DNA of 64,000 bases from a virus (Duplodnaviria > Caudoviricetes), in the IMG/VR virus record IMGVR_UViG_3300033075_001021. The stretch is one strand, 5' to 3'. The translations under genes were made by a program, and so were the position numbers. This document shows, one piece after another, positions 50,623-59,059 of the stretch. How positions within the stretch are numbered: the first letter of the stretch is position 1; every line of letters starts with the position of its first letter. The notes below the pieces were generated by a model that worked only from the letters and a program-made list of their open reading frames with translations, did no database searches and was not told where the DNA came from.

Positions 50623-51510
50623 ATGAGACAAACAATCACTGGGCCAAGTGCGCCCATGGCTGCGATTTGTATTAACAAATCCAGACTAAAAACTTATCAC
50701 AAAGACAAAACCCCTACTTTCTACTTAGAGAAGGGTCAAGAATTTCAGATTGAATTATTCAATCCTACTTCAGACACAATTCTTGCTAAAATCCAATTAA
50801 ACGGTAATCAAATTTCACAAGGCGGTCTTGTACTTAGACCAGGTGAACGTGTATTCCTTGAACGTTATCTTGACGTGGCCAAAAAATTCAAATTCGACAC
50901 CTACGAAGTAGCTAACACAGCTGAAGTAAGGGAAGCGATTGAAGATAATGGTGACTTTAAGGTAGAATTTTACAGAGAATCAAGACCAGTATATTCATAT
51001 GGTTCTACAATTACTTTAAAAAACGATGTGCCATTTACCTACACTGACAACAATTCTACAGGATATAGAGGAATTAATCACACGTCACTTGGTACAACTG
51101 GAGGAAATCCACTTAATTTAACTGGGCTAAATGCGTCATTAAACGCAACACCAATTAGTTCATACTACAACACTGGTGGCGCAACATGCTATTCTTCAGA
51201 TGTTACGATGGATAGCTTTAATAGCGCATCACTAAGCGAACAAGCCGCACCAACCAAATCTTTAAGGTCTAGAAGTAAAACCATTGAAACTGGACGTGTA
51301 GAAGCTGGTAGCGGTTCAAATCAAAAATTGGAATATGTAAGCAAATCATTTGAATACTGGCCATTCCATACAGTTGAATATAAACTTTTACCTATTTCAC
51401 AAAAGGTAAATACTGTTGCTGACATCAACGTTAAAAGATACTGCACAAATTGTGGTAAAAAATCCGACAAAACAGATAAATTTTGTTCACAGTGTGGTAA
51501 TAAATTATAA
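50623..51510 (+). CDS. Phage protein with C-terminal zinc ribbon
   Basis: CTNCG...KFCSQCG; strong promoter upstream. Confidence 0.8.
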   Translation: MRQTITGPSAPMAAICINKSRLKTYHKDKTPTFYLEKGQEFQIELFNPTSDTILAKIQLNGNQISQGGLVLRPGERVFLERYLDVAKKFKFDTYEVANTAEVREAIEDNGDFKVEFYRESRPVYSYGSTITLKNDVPFTYTDNNSTGYRGINHTSLGTTGGNPLNLTGLNASLNATPISSYYNTGGATCYSSDVTMDSFNSASLSEQAAPTKSLRSRSKTIETGRVEAGSGSNQKLEYVSKSFEYWPFHTVEYKLLPISQKVNTVADINVKRYCTNCGKKSDKTDKFCSQCGNKL

Positions 51511-52402
51511 AGATAAAAAATCTTTCCAACCTAACCAAACCCCTCTTCTTCTAAAATATGTTGAGGGGTTTTTTGGTATTCCAGTTGGTTTATTAAGTTT
51601 AATGTATTCTTTAAATGTTGTTGAATTTAAATTATACTTTGATAATATTTTTTTACATTCGTCATATGAGTAAAATATTTCGTTTTTAACCCTAGTATAT
51701 GTGTTACCTAAAAAATTATCCCATGAAACCCATCCATTATTTTTATATGTTAGTTGAGGATTAACGGGTAGATTATTAACCCTAGCATAAACGTACCAAT
51801 CTCTAATATTGTTAAATTTGTTTTTATGTGCTATCTTTTTTAAGACATTATATGAAATTGTATGTTTATTATTTTTAATGTTTTTTGTATTAAAAAAATC
51901 ACCCCATGAAACCCATCCATTATTTTTAAAAACACTGTCAGGTCTTTTTGGTATATTTAAATGACTATTTAATTTAAAATATTCCCGCCACTTTTTTTCA
52001 CTATCTATTTCTGGTATGTTATTCACTCTCCATTGTCTAACATCATCAAGTGTTAATTTGTACCTTTTACCAGAATGCCCATCCCCACCTTCAGATATAT
52101 TTGTCAGGTTATCAAATTGCCTAATCCAATATTTTTCTCTTTCGGCCCAACTATTTTCATCTGATTCTTCTAAAATTTGTATATTAATGGTACCACCACT
52201 ATTTAAAACTTTTCGAATCCAATTATTTTTATGTGTTATCACACCACGTTTAGCTGCTGATAAATGGTCATTTTTTCTAATTTTTGGTCTATAAGATTTT
52301 CCAACATATCTTATAACACCATCTTCTGCACATAACCCATAAATAAATATTTTATTTGTTTTCATAAAATTCTTTATAATAAATATGTGGTAATTAACAA
52401 AA
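51448..52402. mobile_element. Free-standing homing endonuclease cassette carrying a replacement 3' end for the zinc-ribbon gene
   Basis: New NCG...CG.K stop, then an antisense GIY-YIG ORF with its own late promoter (52379-52386), then the original 3' end; boundaries approximate. Confidence 0.7.
51505..52365 (-). CDS. GIY-YIG endonuclease with three P..Y....W..W..FL repeats
   Basis: IFIYGL......RYVGKS, REKYWI, LTNISEGGDG; repeats PDSVFKNNGWVSWGDFF, PQLTYKNNGWVSWDNFL, PSTYFRRRGVWLGWKDFL; start ATG 52365. Confidence 0.85.
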   Translation of the reverse strand: MKTNKIFIYGLCAEDGVIRYVGKSYRPKIRKNDHLSAAKRGVITHKNNWIRKVLNSGGTINIQILEESDENSWAEREKYWIRQFDNLTNISEGGDGHSGKRYKLTLDDVRQWRVNNIPEIDSEKKWREYFKLNSHLNIPKRPDSVFKNNGWVSWGDFFNTKNIKNNKHTISYNVLKKIAHKNKFNNIRDWYVYARVNNLPVNPQLTYKNNGWVSWDNFLGNTYTRVKNEIFYSYDECKKILSKYNLNSTTFKEYIKLNKPTGIPKNPSTYFRRRGVWLGWKDFLSL

Positions 52403-52465
52403 AACTGTGGTGCCAAGCAAAAGCCAGAATTTAAATTCTGTCCTAGTTGCGGCGCTAAAGCATAA
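52403..52465 (+). pseudogene. Displaced original 3' end of the zinc-ribbon gene
   Basis: Reads NCGAKQKPEFKFCPSCGAKA*, same 20-aa length and Cys spacing as NCGKKSDKTDKFCSQCGNKL*. Confidence 0.85.
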
Positions 52466-52476
52466 ATAATAAACTA

Positions 52477-52490
52477 GAGTTAACGTAATA
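52477..52490 (+). repeat. Right arm of the 14-bp inverted repeat
   Basis: Reverse complement of 50520-50533, immediately before the terminator. Confidence 0.8.
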
Positions 52491-52518
52491 AAAAAAGGTG
52501 GAATCTTCCACCTTTTTT
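52491..52518. terminator. Bidirectional intrinsic terminator
   Basis: AAAAAA-GGTGGAA-TC-TTCCACC-TTTTTT. Confidence 0.85.
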
Positions 52519-52909
52519 ATTTTGGGTATCTTATCATACTATCCATAAATTTAAAATCTTTATTTCGGCCCTTATTTGGCACAAAACCAAACTTTTTATA
52601 AAATGTTAATAACACACTCATTGGTGTTTCTGTGTTTGCTGGTGTCAATGTACATAATAATTTGTACTTATCACATAGTTGAGTAATCTCTGACATTAAA
52701 GCGCCACCTAAACCCCTTCTTCTTTCTGTTTTGTTTGGTATTTTGATTGATGCAATATGAATTGATTTCACATCCCCTCTTAAATAAATCCAACAAATCA
52801 TTCCTTGACTTTCATATTTTCGAATTATAGCGTCAAGCTCATCTTGAATTTGAAACTTCAATCTGTCTTCCTCTTGACCCATTAATTCGAATATATGTCC
52901 AATTTTCAT
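52517..52909 (-). CDS. GNAT-family acetyltransferase
   Basis: RRRGLGGALM acetyl-CoA loop and FYKKFGF. Confidence 0.8.
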   Translation of the reverse strand: MKIGHIFELMGQEEDRLKFQIQDELDAIIRKYESQGMICWIYLRGDVKSIHIASIKIPNKTERRRGLGGALMSEITQLCDKYKLLCTLTPANTETPMSVLLTFYKKFGFVPNKGRNKDFKFMDSMIRYPK

Positions 52910-53139
52910 AAGTTATTATCTATTTCTTTTAATATGGTTTCCCAAAGGATTCTATCATCATACTCACATACTATACCCTTTCCATTTTTTAAATAGAATT
53001 CGATATTATATCTATAAAGATTATTATCATCAATCCATGACTGTATGCCTAGGTATTCATCTATTTTTATACTTAGGTGTAATACTAGATTAATGTAAAT
53101 CTTAAAGTATTTACATGTCTTTTTTGTTGTAATATTCAT
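52906..53139 (-). CDS. Hypothetical protein
   Basis: 77-aa ORF coupled to the GNAT gene. Confidence 0.6.
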   Translation of the reverse strand: MNITTKKTCKYFKIYINLVLHLSIKIDEYLGIQSWIDDNNLYRYNIEFYLKNGKGIVCEYDDRILWETILKEIDNNL

Positions 53140-53144
53140 TTATA

Positions 53145-53246
53145 TTAAAGACCTTTAATCTTTTCGATTAACTTCTTAATATCAACAAACTTACCTACCA
53201 AAAAACCAGCGATAAATGCAATTATTGTCATACTAATAAATATCAT
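53145..53246 (-). CDS. Small membrane peptide
   Basis: Below the ORF-track cutoff: MIFISMTIIAFIAGFLVGKFVDIKKLIEKIKGL; may start at the second Met (53231). Confidence 0.45.
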   Translation of the reverse strand: MIFISMTIIAFIAGFLVGKFVDIKKLIEKIKGL

Positions 53247-53443
53247 ATAATAAAACAAAAAACTAAAGAGTCGAACCACCTAATTTCCACATCATATTAA
53301 TAACCAATTAATTAATTAATTAATTATGTCAAGTAAAGTATAAATATTAACGCTGATAAGAGCGATACGGATATTTATTTAATAGACATACAGTTTGTCT
53401 AAAGGGGTTATTAACCCATAACATTAAAATAAATTTATTTTAA

Positions 53444-53629
53444 ATGAACAAAATCATTAAAGAAAATGATGAAAAATATTTCATCACTTGTGGTGACTGT
53501 AACACTCATTTTGAATATACTATAACAGATGTTAAACCATTTACTGGATGGGTATTAGGTAAAATATCTGATTATGTTATATGTCCAAAGTGCAATAAAC
53601 AAGTAGACCACATTAAGGGCAAAATTTAG
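53444..53629 (+). CDS. Small zinc-ribbon protein
   Basis: CGDC...CPKC. Confidence 0.65.
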   Translation: MNKIIKENDEKYFITCGDCNTHFEYTITDVKPFTGWVLGKISDYVICPKCNKQVDHIKGKI

Positions 53630-54299
53630 ACCCTTTAGAAAGATTATCTGGCCACCATAGTGGTTGCAGATTATTCAACGCCCAACAAGCTTTAAACTCT
53701 GGGTCATCAGGACTTTCGAATTTAAAGCTTGACATTGGGCGAATATGGTCTACATGCCATTGACCATAATTATCCCATGTCATCCCATCAACAAATTGTT
53801 TTTCCAAGTGCTGCATTAATTCCTCTATTGTATAACCAAGTAATTCAAATGTAGAACGATATTTAGCAACATTAGCTTCTTTAAGACATGTATAAACGGC
53901 TGTTCTTGTTCTAGCTGCTAATCTATATTTTGGGTCCTCAGCACGACGCTTACGTTCGTATTCACGTTTGTATATATTTACATGTTCTTTATTCTTTTTA
54001 CGCCATTCAGTATGTTTTTCACGTAAATACCCCCTATTTTCATTAGCCCATTCTTTATATGATTTACTAATTTCTTTTTTATTTTTACTATAATAACGTT
54101 TATTGGCCTCACTTTTACCACCAATATTACGTCTTCCTGATGTATTAAATATAACGCCATTTTCTCTAAGTGTTCTAATTATAATAGTTTTATGAATACC
54201 CATATGTTTACTTATTGTTGTACAACCCAATAAGTTTTCATTATACATTCTTAAGCATTCATCTATTTGTTCTTTTGTTAATTCGATTTTCTTACTCAT
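53613..54299 (-). CDS. HNH-type homing endonuclease (N-terminal HTH, basic linker)
   Basis: GMTWDNYGQWHVDHIRP...CW.LNNLQPLW..DN.SKG; late motif at 54304-54311. Confidence 0.8.
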   Translation of the reverse strand: MSKKIELTKEQIDECLRMYNENLLGCTTISKHMGIHKTIIIRTLRENGVIFNTSGRRNIGGKSEANKRYYSKNKKEISKSYKEWANENRGYLREKHTEWRKKNKEHVNIYKREYERKRRAEDPKYRLAARTRTAVYTCLKEANVAKYRSTFELLGYTIEELMQHLEKQFVDGMTWDNYGQWHVDHIRPMSSFKFESPDDPEFKACWALNNLQPLWWPDNLSKGSKFCP

Positions 54300-54346
54300 A
54301 ACTATAAATATACTAATAAAAGATTAAAAGGTCAAGTAATACAAAT

Positions 54347-54376
54347 AAAAAAGGTGAGAAAAATCTCACCCTTTTT
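54347..54376 (-). terminator. Terminator after major capsid gene
   Basis: GGTGAGA-AAAA-TCTCACC flanked by A/T tracts. Confidence 0.8.
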
Positions 54377-54394
54377 ATTATATAGATAGTTTTA

Positions 54395-56287
54395 TTATCT
54401 AAGTTCAGCAACATTGAATGTTGGAACACCATCGACACGTACATGGCCGTAAAAGCGGTTATTCACAACTTTTTTAGCGTAACGAGTCATGATACCTTTA
54501 ACTGGAGCAAAGTTGAAAGGATTGTACATAGTTGGGGTCAACTGAAGAGGTACATACGGAGCGTAAATGTAACCAGTGTCCAACAATGACTTACCTTTGT
54601 GACCAACAATTACTGAGTAAGCTGGTGCATATGGGTCACGATATACTTGATATCTACCGCTTAATGTACCGATTCTTTCAATACCCATGTTGTATTGGTC
54701 TTGCTCTGGGTTAGCATCACTTACGTGGAAATACTCAAGGTCATCGAATACAGCTGAAATTTCAGAAGATACAACGATGAAGTTTGCACCACCACGAAGA
54801 GTTGATTTGTGGATTTGAGCTGAAAGTTGGTTAACTCTAGTAATAAGAGTTTGGTTCCAGTCTTTCTGAGTGTATGGGCTAGCAGCAGAAGAAGCTTTTC
54901 TCCAACCGTTGTAGTCCCAACGTAATTGCCATGCAGCAGCTTTACGTAAGTCTCTCAAGATTTCTCTATCGATTTCAGCAGCAACCTGCTCAGACAACAT
55001 AGCTGTTAATTCAGCTTCTGCGTCGATATTGTGGAATGCGCTTACGTCTTGAGCCAATTCAGGAGACCAAGTAGCTCTTAATTTTCTTTCTTCAACAGCT
55101 ACAACAACTTCATCAAGTTTGAATGAAACTTCACCAAGTTCAGTTTCAAGTTCCAATGAAGCGTATTCAGCCCATGCGAATACATATGCTGGGTTAGTTG
55201 TTAAACCAGATACAGTACCTAAGATACCACCAGTTGTACCAGTAGCACCAACGTAACCGTCATAAGTAGCTGTACCAGCAGCAGCTGTACCAGAAGCAGT
55301 AGTACCTACTGGGTGACGAAGGTCAAGCTCAATGTACATAAGACCATTAGGGGTAGTTAAAGTACCACCTGGGCCGTTTTGTACGATACCTTTACCGTAT
55401 TGTTGAGTAACGATACGAAGAGGAACCTCGCCACCAGCAGCGATGATTACGTTACCATCTGGGTCTTTAATTGCGTTTGTAGTAGTACAAATCAATGAAG
55501 CCAAGAATGATTCAGTATCCATGTTGTTACCATCAGGACCAGTCAATACTTCACGGCCATTTGCTGAACCAGCACCGCCAGTGAAACCTGAAAGACCGAT
55601 GATTACGCTTCTTACAGTACCATCAGTAGCCAAAGGCAATACTGAGCTAGCAGAAGCAACAGACAATGAACCGTCATTACCGAATGTATAAGCATTCAAA
55701 GAAGACATGTTTATTGTCTTGATAGTAAGAGTACCTTTTGAGTTATCGAACATACCGTCATTGTAGAAAATGTCGTATAAGTTCTTAGCCATCCACTGAG
55801 TCAATGGAGTAGATGCTTTTGTTACAGCAACTGGCAAAGCAGCAGCAGTAGCAACACCATCGTGTTCACCGTTAAGACCAGTGTGAGCAGAGAAAGTTGT
55901 ACCATATGGAGTGGTAGCGTAGTCGTTACCAGCAACACCAGCAGAGTTAACACGGCTAGAAGTTTGAGGTACGAAATAGAACAATTTACCGATTGGCATG
56001 TTCATAGCTTGAACAGACACGATGTCGTTAGCAAGCAATTTAGAGAATACACGTCTTACGATTGGGAACACTACAGTTTCGAAAGAACCTGAAGAGTTAG
56101 CAGTAGTAGACTCATTCAAAAGTTGAGAAGCTTGGTTCTCATACAATTGAGCAATGTTCTCTTTTACGTGGCCTTTAAGACCATCAAGGAAACCAAGGCT
56201 ATCCCATTTTGCTTGGGTCTCTTTACGGATTGCCTTCATGTGGTTCAATCCAATGTTTCCAACTTGTCCAGAAGTTAATAAATTCAT
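54395..56287 (-). CDS. Major capsid protein, T4 gp23-like
   Basis: FPIVRRVF, VSVQAM..P.G..F, RKL.A.WSPELAQD..A.H.IDAEAEL, EIDREI, YAPYVPL, GIMTRYA; start ATG 56287. Confidence 0.95.
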   Translation of the reverse strand: MNLLTSGQVGNIGLNHMKAIRKETQAKWDSLGFLDGLKGHVKENIAQLYENQASQLLNESTTANSSGSFETVVFPIVRRVFSKLLANDIVSVQAMNMPIGKLFYFVPQTSSRVNSAGVAGNDYATTPYGTTFSAHTGLNGEHDGVATAAALPVAVTKASTPLTQWMAKNLYDIFYNDGMFDNSKGTLTIKTINMSSLNAYTFGNDGSLSVASASSVLPLATDGTVRSVIIGLSGFTGGAGSANGREVLTGPDGNNMDTESFLASLICTTTNAIKDPDGNVIIAAGGEVPLRIVTQQYGKGIVQNGPGGTLTTPNGLMYIELDLRHPVGTTASGTAAAGTATYDGYVGATGTTGGILGTVSGLTTNPAYVFAWAEYASLELETELGEVSFKLDEVVVAVEERKLRATWSPELAQDVSAFHNIDAEAELTAMLSEQVAAEIDREILRDLRKAAAWQLRWDYNGWRKASSAASPYTQKDWNQTLITRVNQLSAQIHKSTLRGGANFIVVSSEISAVFDDLEYFHVSDANPEQDQYNMGIERIGTLSGRYQVYRDPYAPAYSVIVGHKGKSLLDTGYIYAPYVPLQLTPTMYNPFNFAPVKGIMTRYAKKVVNNRFYGHVRVDGVPTFNVAELR

Positions 56288-56312
56288 GGTTAGATTATTT
56301 TTTTGTTTTTTG

Positions 56313-57701
56313 TTATCTGTTTTCAACTCGCTTAATCAAATCTTTGATTCTTTGAGTAGAAGGGTCAACATACGCAGTAGCTTCATTAAGTTGTTTTGAG
56401 CTACTTGTAGTTACCTCTTTAATTATTTTGTTTTCTACCGATTCATTAATTGGCTTTCTAGTTGCCAATTCATTAGCGATAGTTTTGTATAACCTTTTTG
56501 ATTCTTTAAGGTTTGTAACCTCATCGTCGAATCTTTTGATGATTTCTTTTTTCTCATCTTTGGTAGTTGAGTGTTCCATAAACAACTTAGTTACATAACT
56601 AAGATTTGAATTGAATACAACTGTTTCCACCAACATATTTCTGAACTTCTTAAGCGCTTTTCTGAATTCTTCATTTTCAGCCTTAAGTTGTGCAGCTTCA
56701 GTTAATAACGTTTTGTACTTAGCTTCCGCTTCAGAAATGACCTTTTTAGATGATACAGATTCTTTTACAGATTTTGGATTTTCAGCTGCGCCGATTGAAC
56801 CGCCAGTTGTTTTGTTACGGTGGTTACCCACGCTCATACCAACACCAACAGCAATTTTTTCTTCAACAACATCTTCATCTTCTTCTTCGTCTTCCTCTTT
56901 TACCATCTCTTCGTCTTCTTCAGACTCTTCTTTAACCATTTCTTCGTCTTCTTCGGATTCTTCGTTAACAACTTCTTCGTCGTCCATAGCGATTTCATAC
57001 ATCATTTCGTCTTCGAATTCTTCAGAACCGTCATTGCTAATAGCAACTTCGTCTTCAAAGCCTTCTGAACCTTCTGAACCTTCTTCACCACCAATAGCAA
57101 CTTCGTCGCCACCAGCCATGTCATCAAGTCCTTCAAGTCCTTCTTCAGATTCATCCCCGATGCCTAAATCATTCTTTTTAATGATATATTCACCTGGTTC
57201 TGAAATGTTTACATGTACTTCGTCACCTACAACTTCGATTTCGTCTTCACCGCTAAGCTTTTTGTAGATTGCGATAACATCATCATCTGATGCACTTGTC
57301 ATATCTATTTCGTCTCCACCAAACGCATCATCTGCGTCCATTCCCATTTCTTGGTCATCTTCTGGACCAACTTCAGGAGCGTCAATAGCGTCATCAGAAT
57401 CATCAGAATCGGTTTCTGGTTCGGTTTCTTCTCCACCTTCTTCATCCCCTTCTGGTTCAGCGTCTGATTCGTCATCAGAACTAGCCTCATCTTCTTGGTC
57501 GTCAGATTCAGGAGCAGATTCGTCATCCTTTACCTCTTCTTCTTCGTATAACCCCTCTTCTTCGAGTGACTCTTTCACCATACCATCAATTTCTTCTCTC
57601 GCAACGGAGCGAAGTATTTCTTTGGTGTTGGCATTTAAAGCTTCTTGGATTTTTTGAACGTCCAACAAAGCTTCTTCATAGATAGATTTTTTGTCTGCCA
57701 T
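56313..57701 (-). CDS. Prohead core / scaffolding protein
   Basis: Very acidic middle, coiled-coil ends; lies between protease and capsid genes. Confidence 0.8.
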   Translation of the reverse strand: MADKKSIYEEALLDVQKIQEALNANTKEILRSVAREEIDGMVKESLEEEGLYEEEEVKDDESAPESDDQEDEASSDDESDAEPEGDEEGGEETEPETDSDDSDDAIDAPEVGPEDDQEMGMDADDAFGGDEIDMTSASDDDVIAIYKKLSGEDEIEVVGDEVHVNISEPGEYIIKKNDLGIGDESEEGLEGLDDMAGGDEVAIGGEEGSEGSEGFEDEVAISNDGSEEFEDEMMYEIAMDDEEVVNEESEEDEEMVKEESEEDEEMVKEEDEEEDEDVVEEKIAVGVGMSVGNHRNKTTGGSIGAAENPKSVKESVSSKKVISEAEAKYKTLLTEAAQLKAENEEFRKALKKFRNMLVETVVFNSNLSYVTKLFMEHSTTKDEKKEIIKRFDDEVTNLKESKRLYKTIANELATRKPINESVENKIIKEVTTSSSKQLNEATAYVDPSTQRIKDLIKRVENR

Positions 57702-57767
57702 TTTTGTTATCTGTTTTGTTTTTATTACTTATAGTAAATAATAAAGTGAGGTTCACCCACTTACATA

Positions 57768-57775
57768 ATAAATAT
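57768..57775 (-). promoter_or_regulatory. Putative late promoter ATATTTAT
   Basis: Upstream of the scaffold-capsid operon. Confidence 0.55.
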
Positions 57776-57830
57776 ATCTTTTTTTAAGAAAAACCATTTT
57801 TATAGGTAAAAAAATAAAAATTTCTTGTAT

Positions 57831-58532
57831 TTACCCCAATAAAAACTTATCTAAAGATTCGTTCAGATTAGTTTTCTTTGCAGAAACACTTTCAACGTAT
57901 GGCCTAGCTTCAGCTTTATCCTTAAACATCCATGAACCTGGCGTACTTGGAGCTGTTACAATATCCCAACAAATTAATTCAAAATCATCTTGTACAATAA
58001 AATCCCCTTTGACTTCCTTCAAGGAACCAACGCCCCTTGATGATACGCCAATCATATAGTTTTGCTGTAAGAAATGTGCTACTAAATCACCCTTTGTTGA
58101 AACAATACCAAAATTTATAAAACCTTTGGTCATTGGAATTTCCATCTTACCCATCAAGGTGTGACCTTCCCACCATGTTTCAATTATATTGTGTGAAACT
58201 CTGTCACCAGAGATTACGCTGGACTCTGGGTGGTCCAGCTCACCAAGCGCTCTTCTATGGCGAATTGCTTCTTGGTATATTTCATTTTGACGTACAAGTA
58301 TTTCTTTTGGATAGATTCTACCGTTACGATTCTTAACGCCGAACTTTTGTAATACGACATAAACAATTAAACTATCAGTATCATGATGTCCTAATTCTAT
58401 TTTTTTAAACTCTCTAATTAGAGCTTTATTTCTTGGTTCTTCTGGTGAAATATATCCAGCATCATGCTCAATTAAAAAGCCTGTTCCTGTTTCCCCAGCT
58501 TTCAAAATTTTTAATTCATCGTATGTCGCCAT
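57831..58532 (-). CDS. Prohead protease, T4 gp21-like
   Basis: NRNGRIYP, ALGELDHP, VSH, GVSSRGVGS, WDIV..PS; start ATG 58532; late motif 58549-58556. Confidence 0.93.
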   Translation of the reverse strand: MATYDELKILKAGETGTGFLIEHDAGYISPEEPRNKALIREFKKIELGHHDTDSLIVYVVLQKFGVKNRNGRIYPKEILVRQNEIYQEAIRHRRALGELDHPESSVISGDRVSHNIIETWWEGHTLMGKMEIPMTKGFINFGIVSTKGDLVAHFLQQNYMIGVSSRGVGSLKEVKGDFIVQDDFELICWDIVTAPSTPGSWMFKDKAEARPYVESVSAKKTNLNESLDKFLLG

Positions 58533-58567
58533 ATCAATAGTTATTACAATAAATATGTGATATAACG

Positions 58568-58595
58568 AAAAAAGCCCCAATATTAGTTGAGGCTT
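58568..58595 (-). terminator. Probable intrinsic terminator
   Basis: Imperfect AAGCCCCAA/TTGAGGCTT stem followed by a minus-strand U-tract. Confidence 0.55.
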
Positions 58596-58615
58596 AATTG
58601 TTTAATTAACTTGTC

Positions 58616-59059
58616 TTACTTTTTCTTCTTATAAAACTTAAAATGCCTTTCCCTATCAAAGACATCTTTAATCACTTTTTGAATAACTTCTTCAATAAAC
58701 GGCCATAATGATTCAGAATTAACTGGAGTTTCATACTTTTGAAATAATGTAATCTCTAGGTTTGTAAAACTACGCTTTCCATATTTTACGCCAGACTCCC
58801 TTATATCAAAATCTACAATAACTCTATCTTTTATAAATGGGGTGGTAATATTGCTATCTAAAACATTATAAACTGTCTGTCGAACCCTTTTATCTATATC
58901 CTTAATAATTCGATTATAGTTAAAATCCTCATCAGACTTAGGTTGAGCCCAAGTGGAAACGTTAATATATAACGCTTTTGGACATTTGTTGTTTACACTA
59001 CCAAAAACTACATTATAGTTCTTGAATTGATTGATTTTTAATTCTTTACCTTTTTTCAT
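58616..59059 (-). CDS. Hypothetical protein
   Basis: 147-aa ORF preceded by a TTGACA...TATACTTG promoter-like element. Confidence 0.7.
   Translation of the reverse strand: MKKGKELKINQFKNYNVVFGSVNNKCPKALYINVSTWAQPKSDEDFNYNRIIKDIDKRVRQTVYNVLDSNITTPFIKDRVIVDFDIRESGVKYGKRSFTNLEITLFQKYETPVNSESLWPFIEEVIQKVIKDVFDRERHFKFYKKKK

Noticed and set aside
51416-51673. 85-aa plus-strand ORF across the insertion junction
   Set aside because: Overlaps two better-supported genes and has no recognisable features
51448-52402. Group I intron interpretation of the endonuclease insert
   Set aside because: Insert is almost entirely antisense ORF with no room for a ribozyme core, and the host gene already ends with a complete zinc ribbon
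53262-53285. GGTTCGACTC on the minus strand resembling a tRNA T-loop
   Set aside because: No T-stem, acceptor, D or anticodon arms could be built
56611-57267. 218-aa Ser-rich plus-strand ORF
   Set aside because: Antisense of the Glu/Asp-rich scaffold gene
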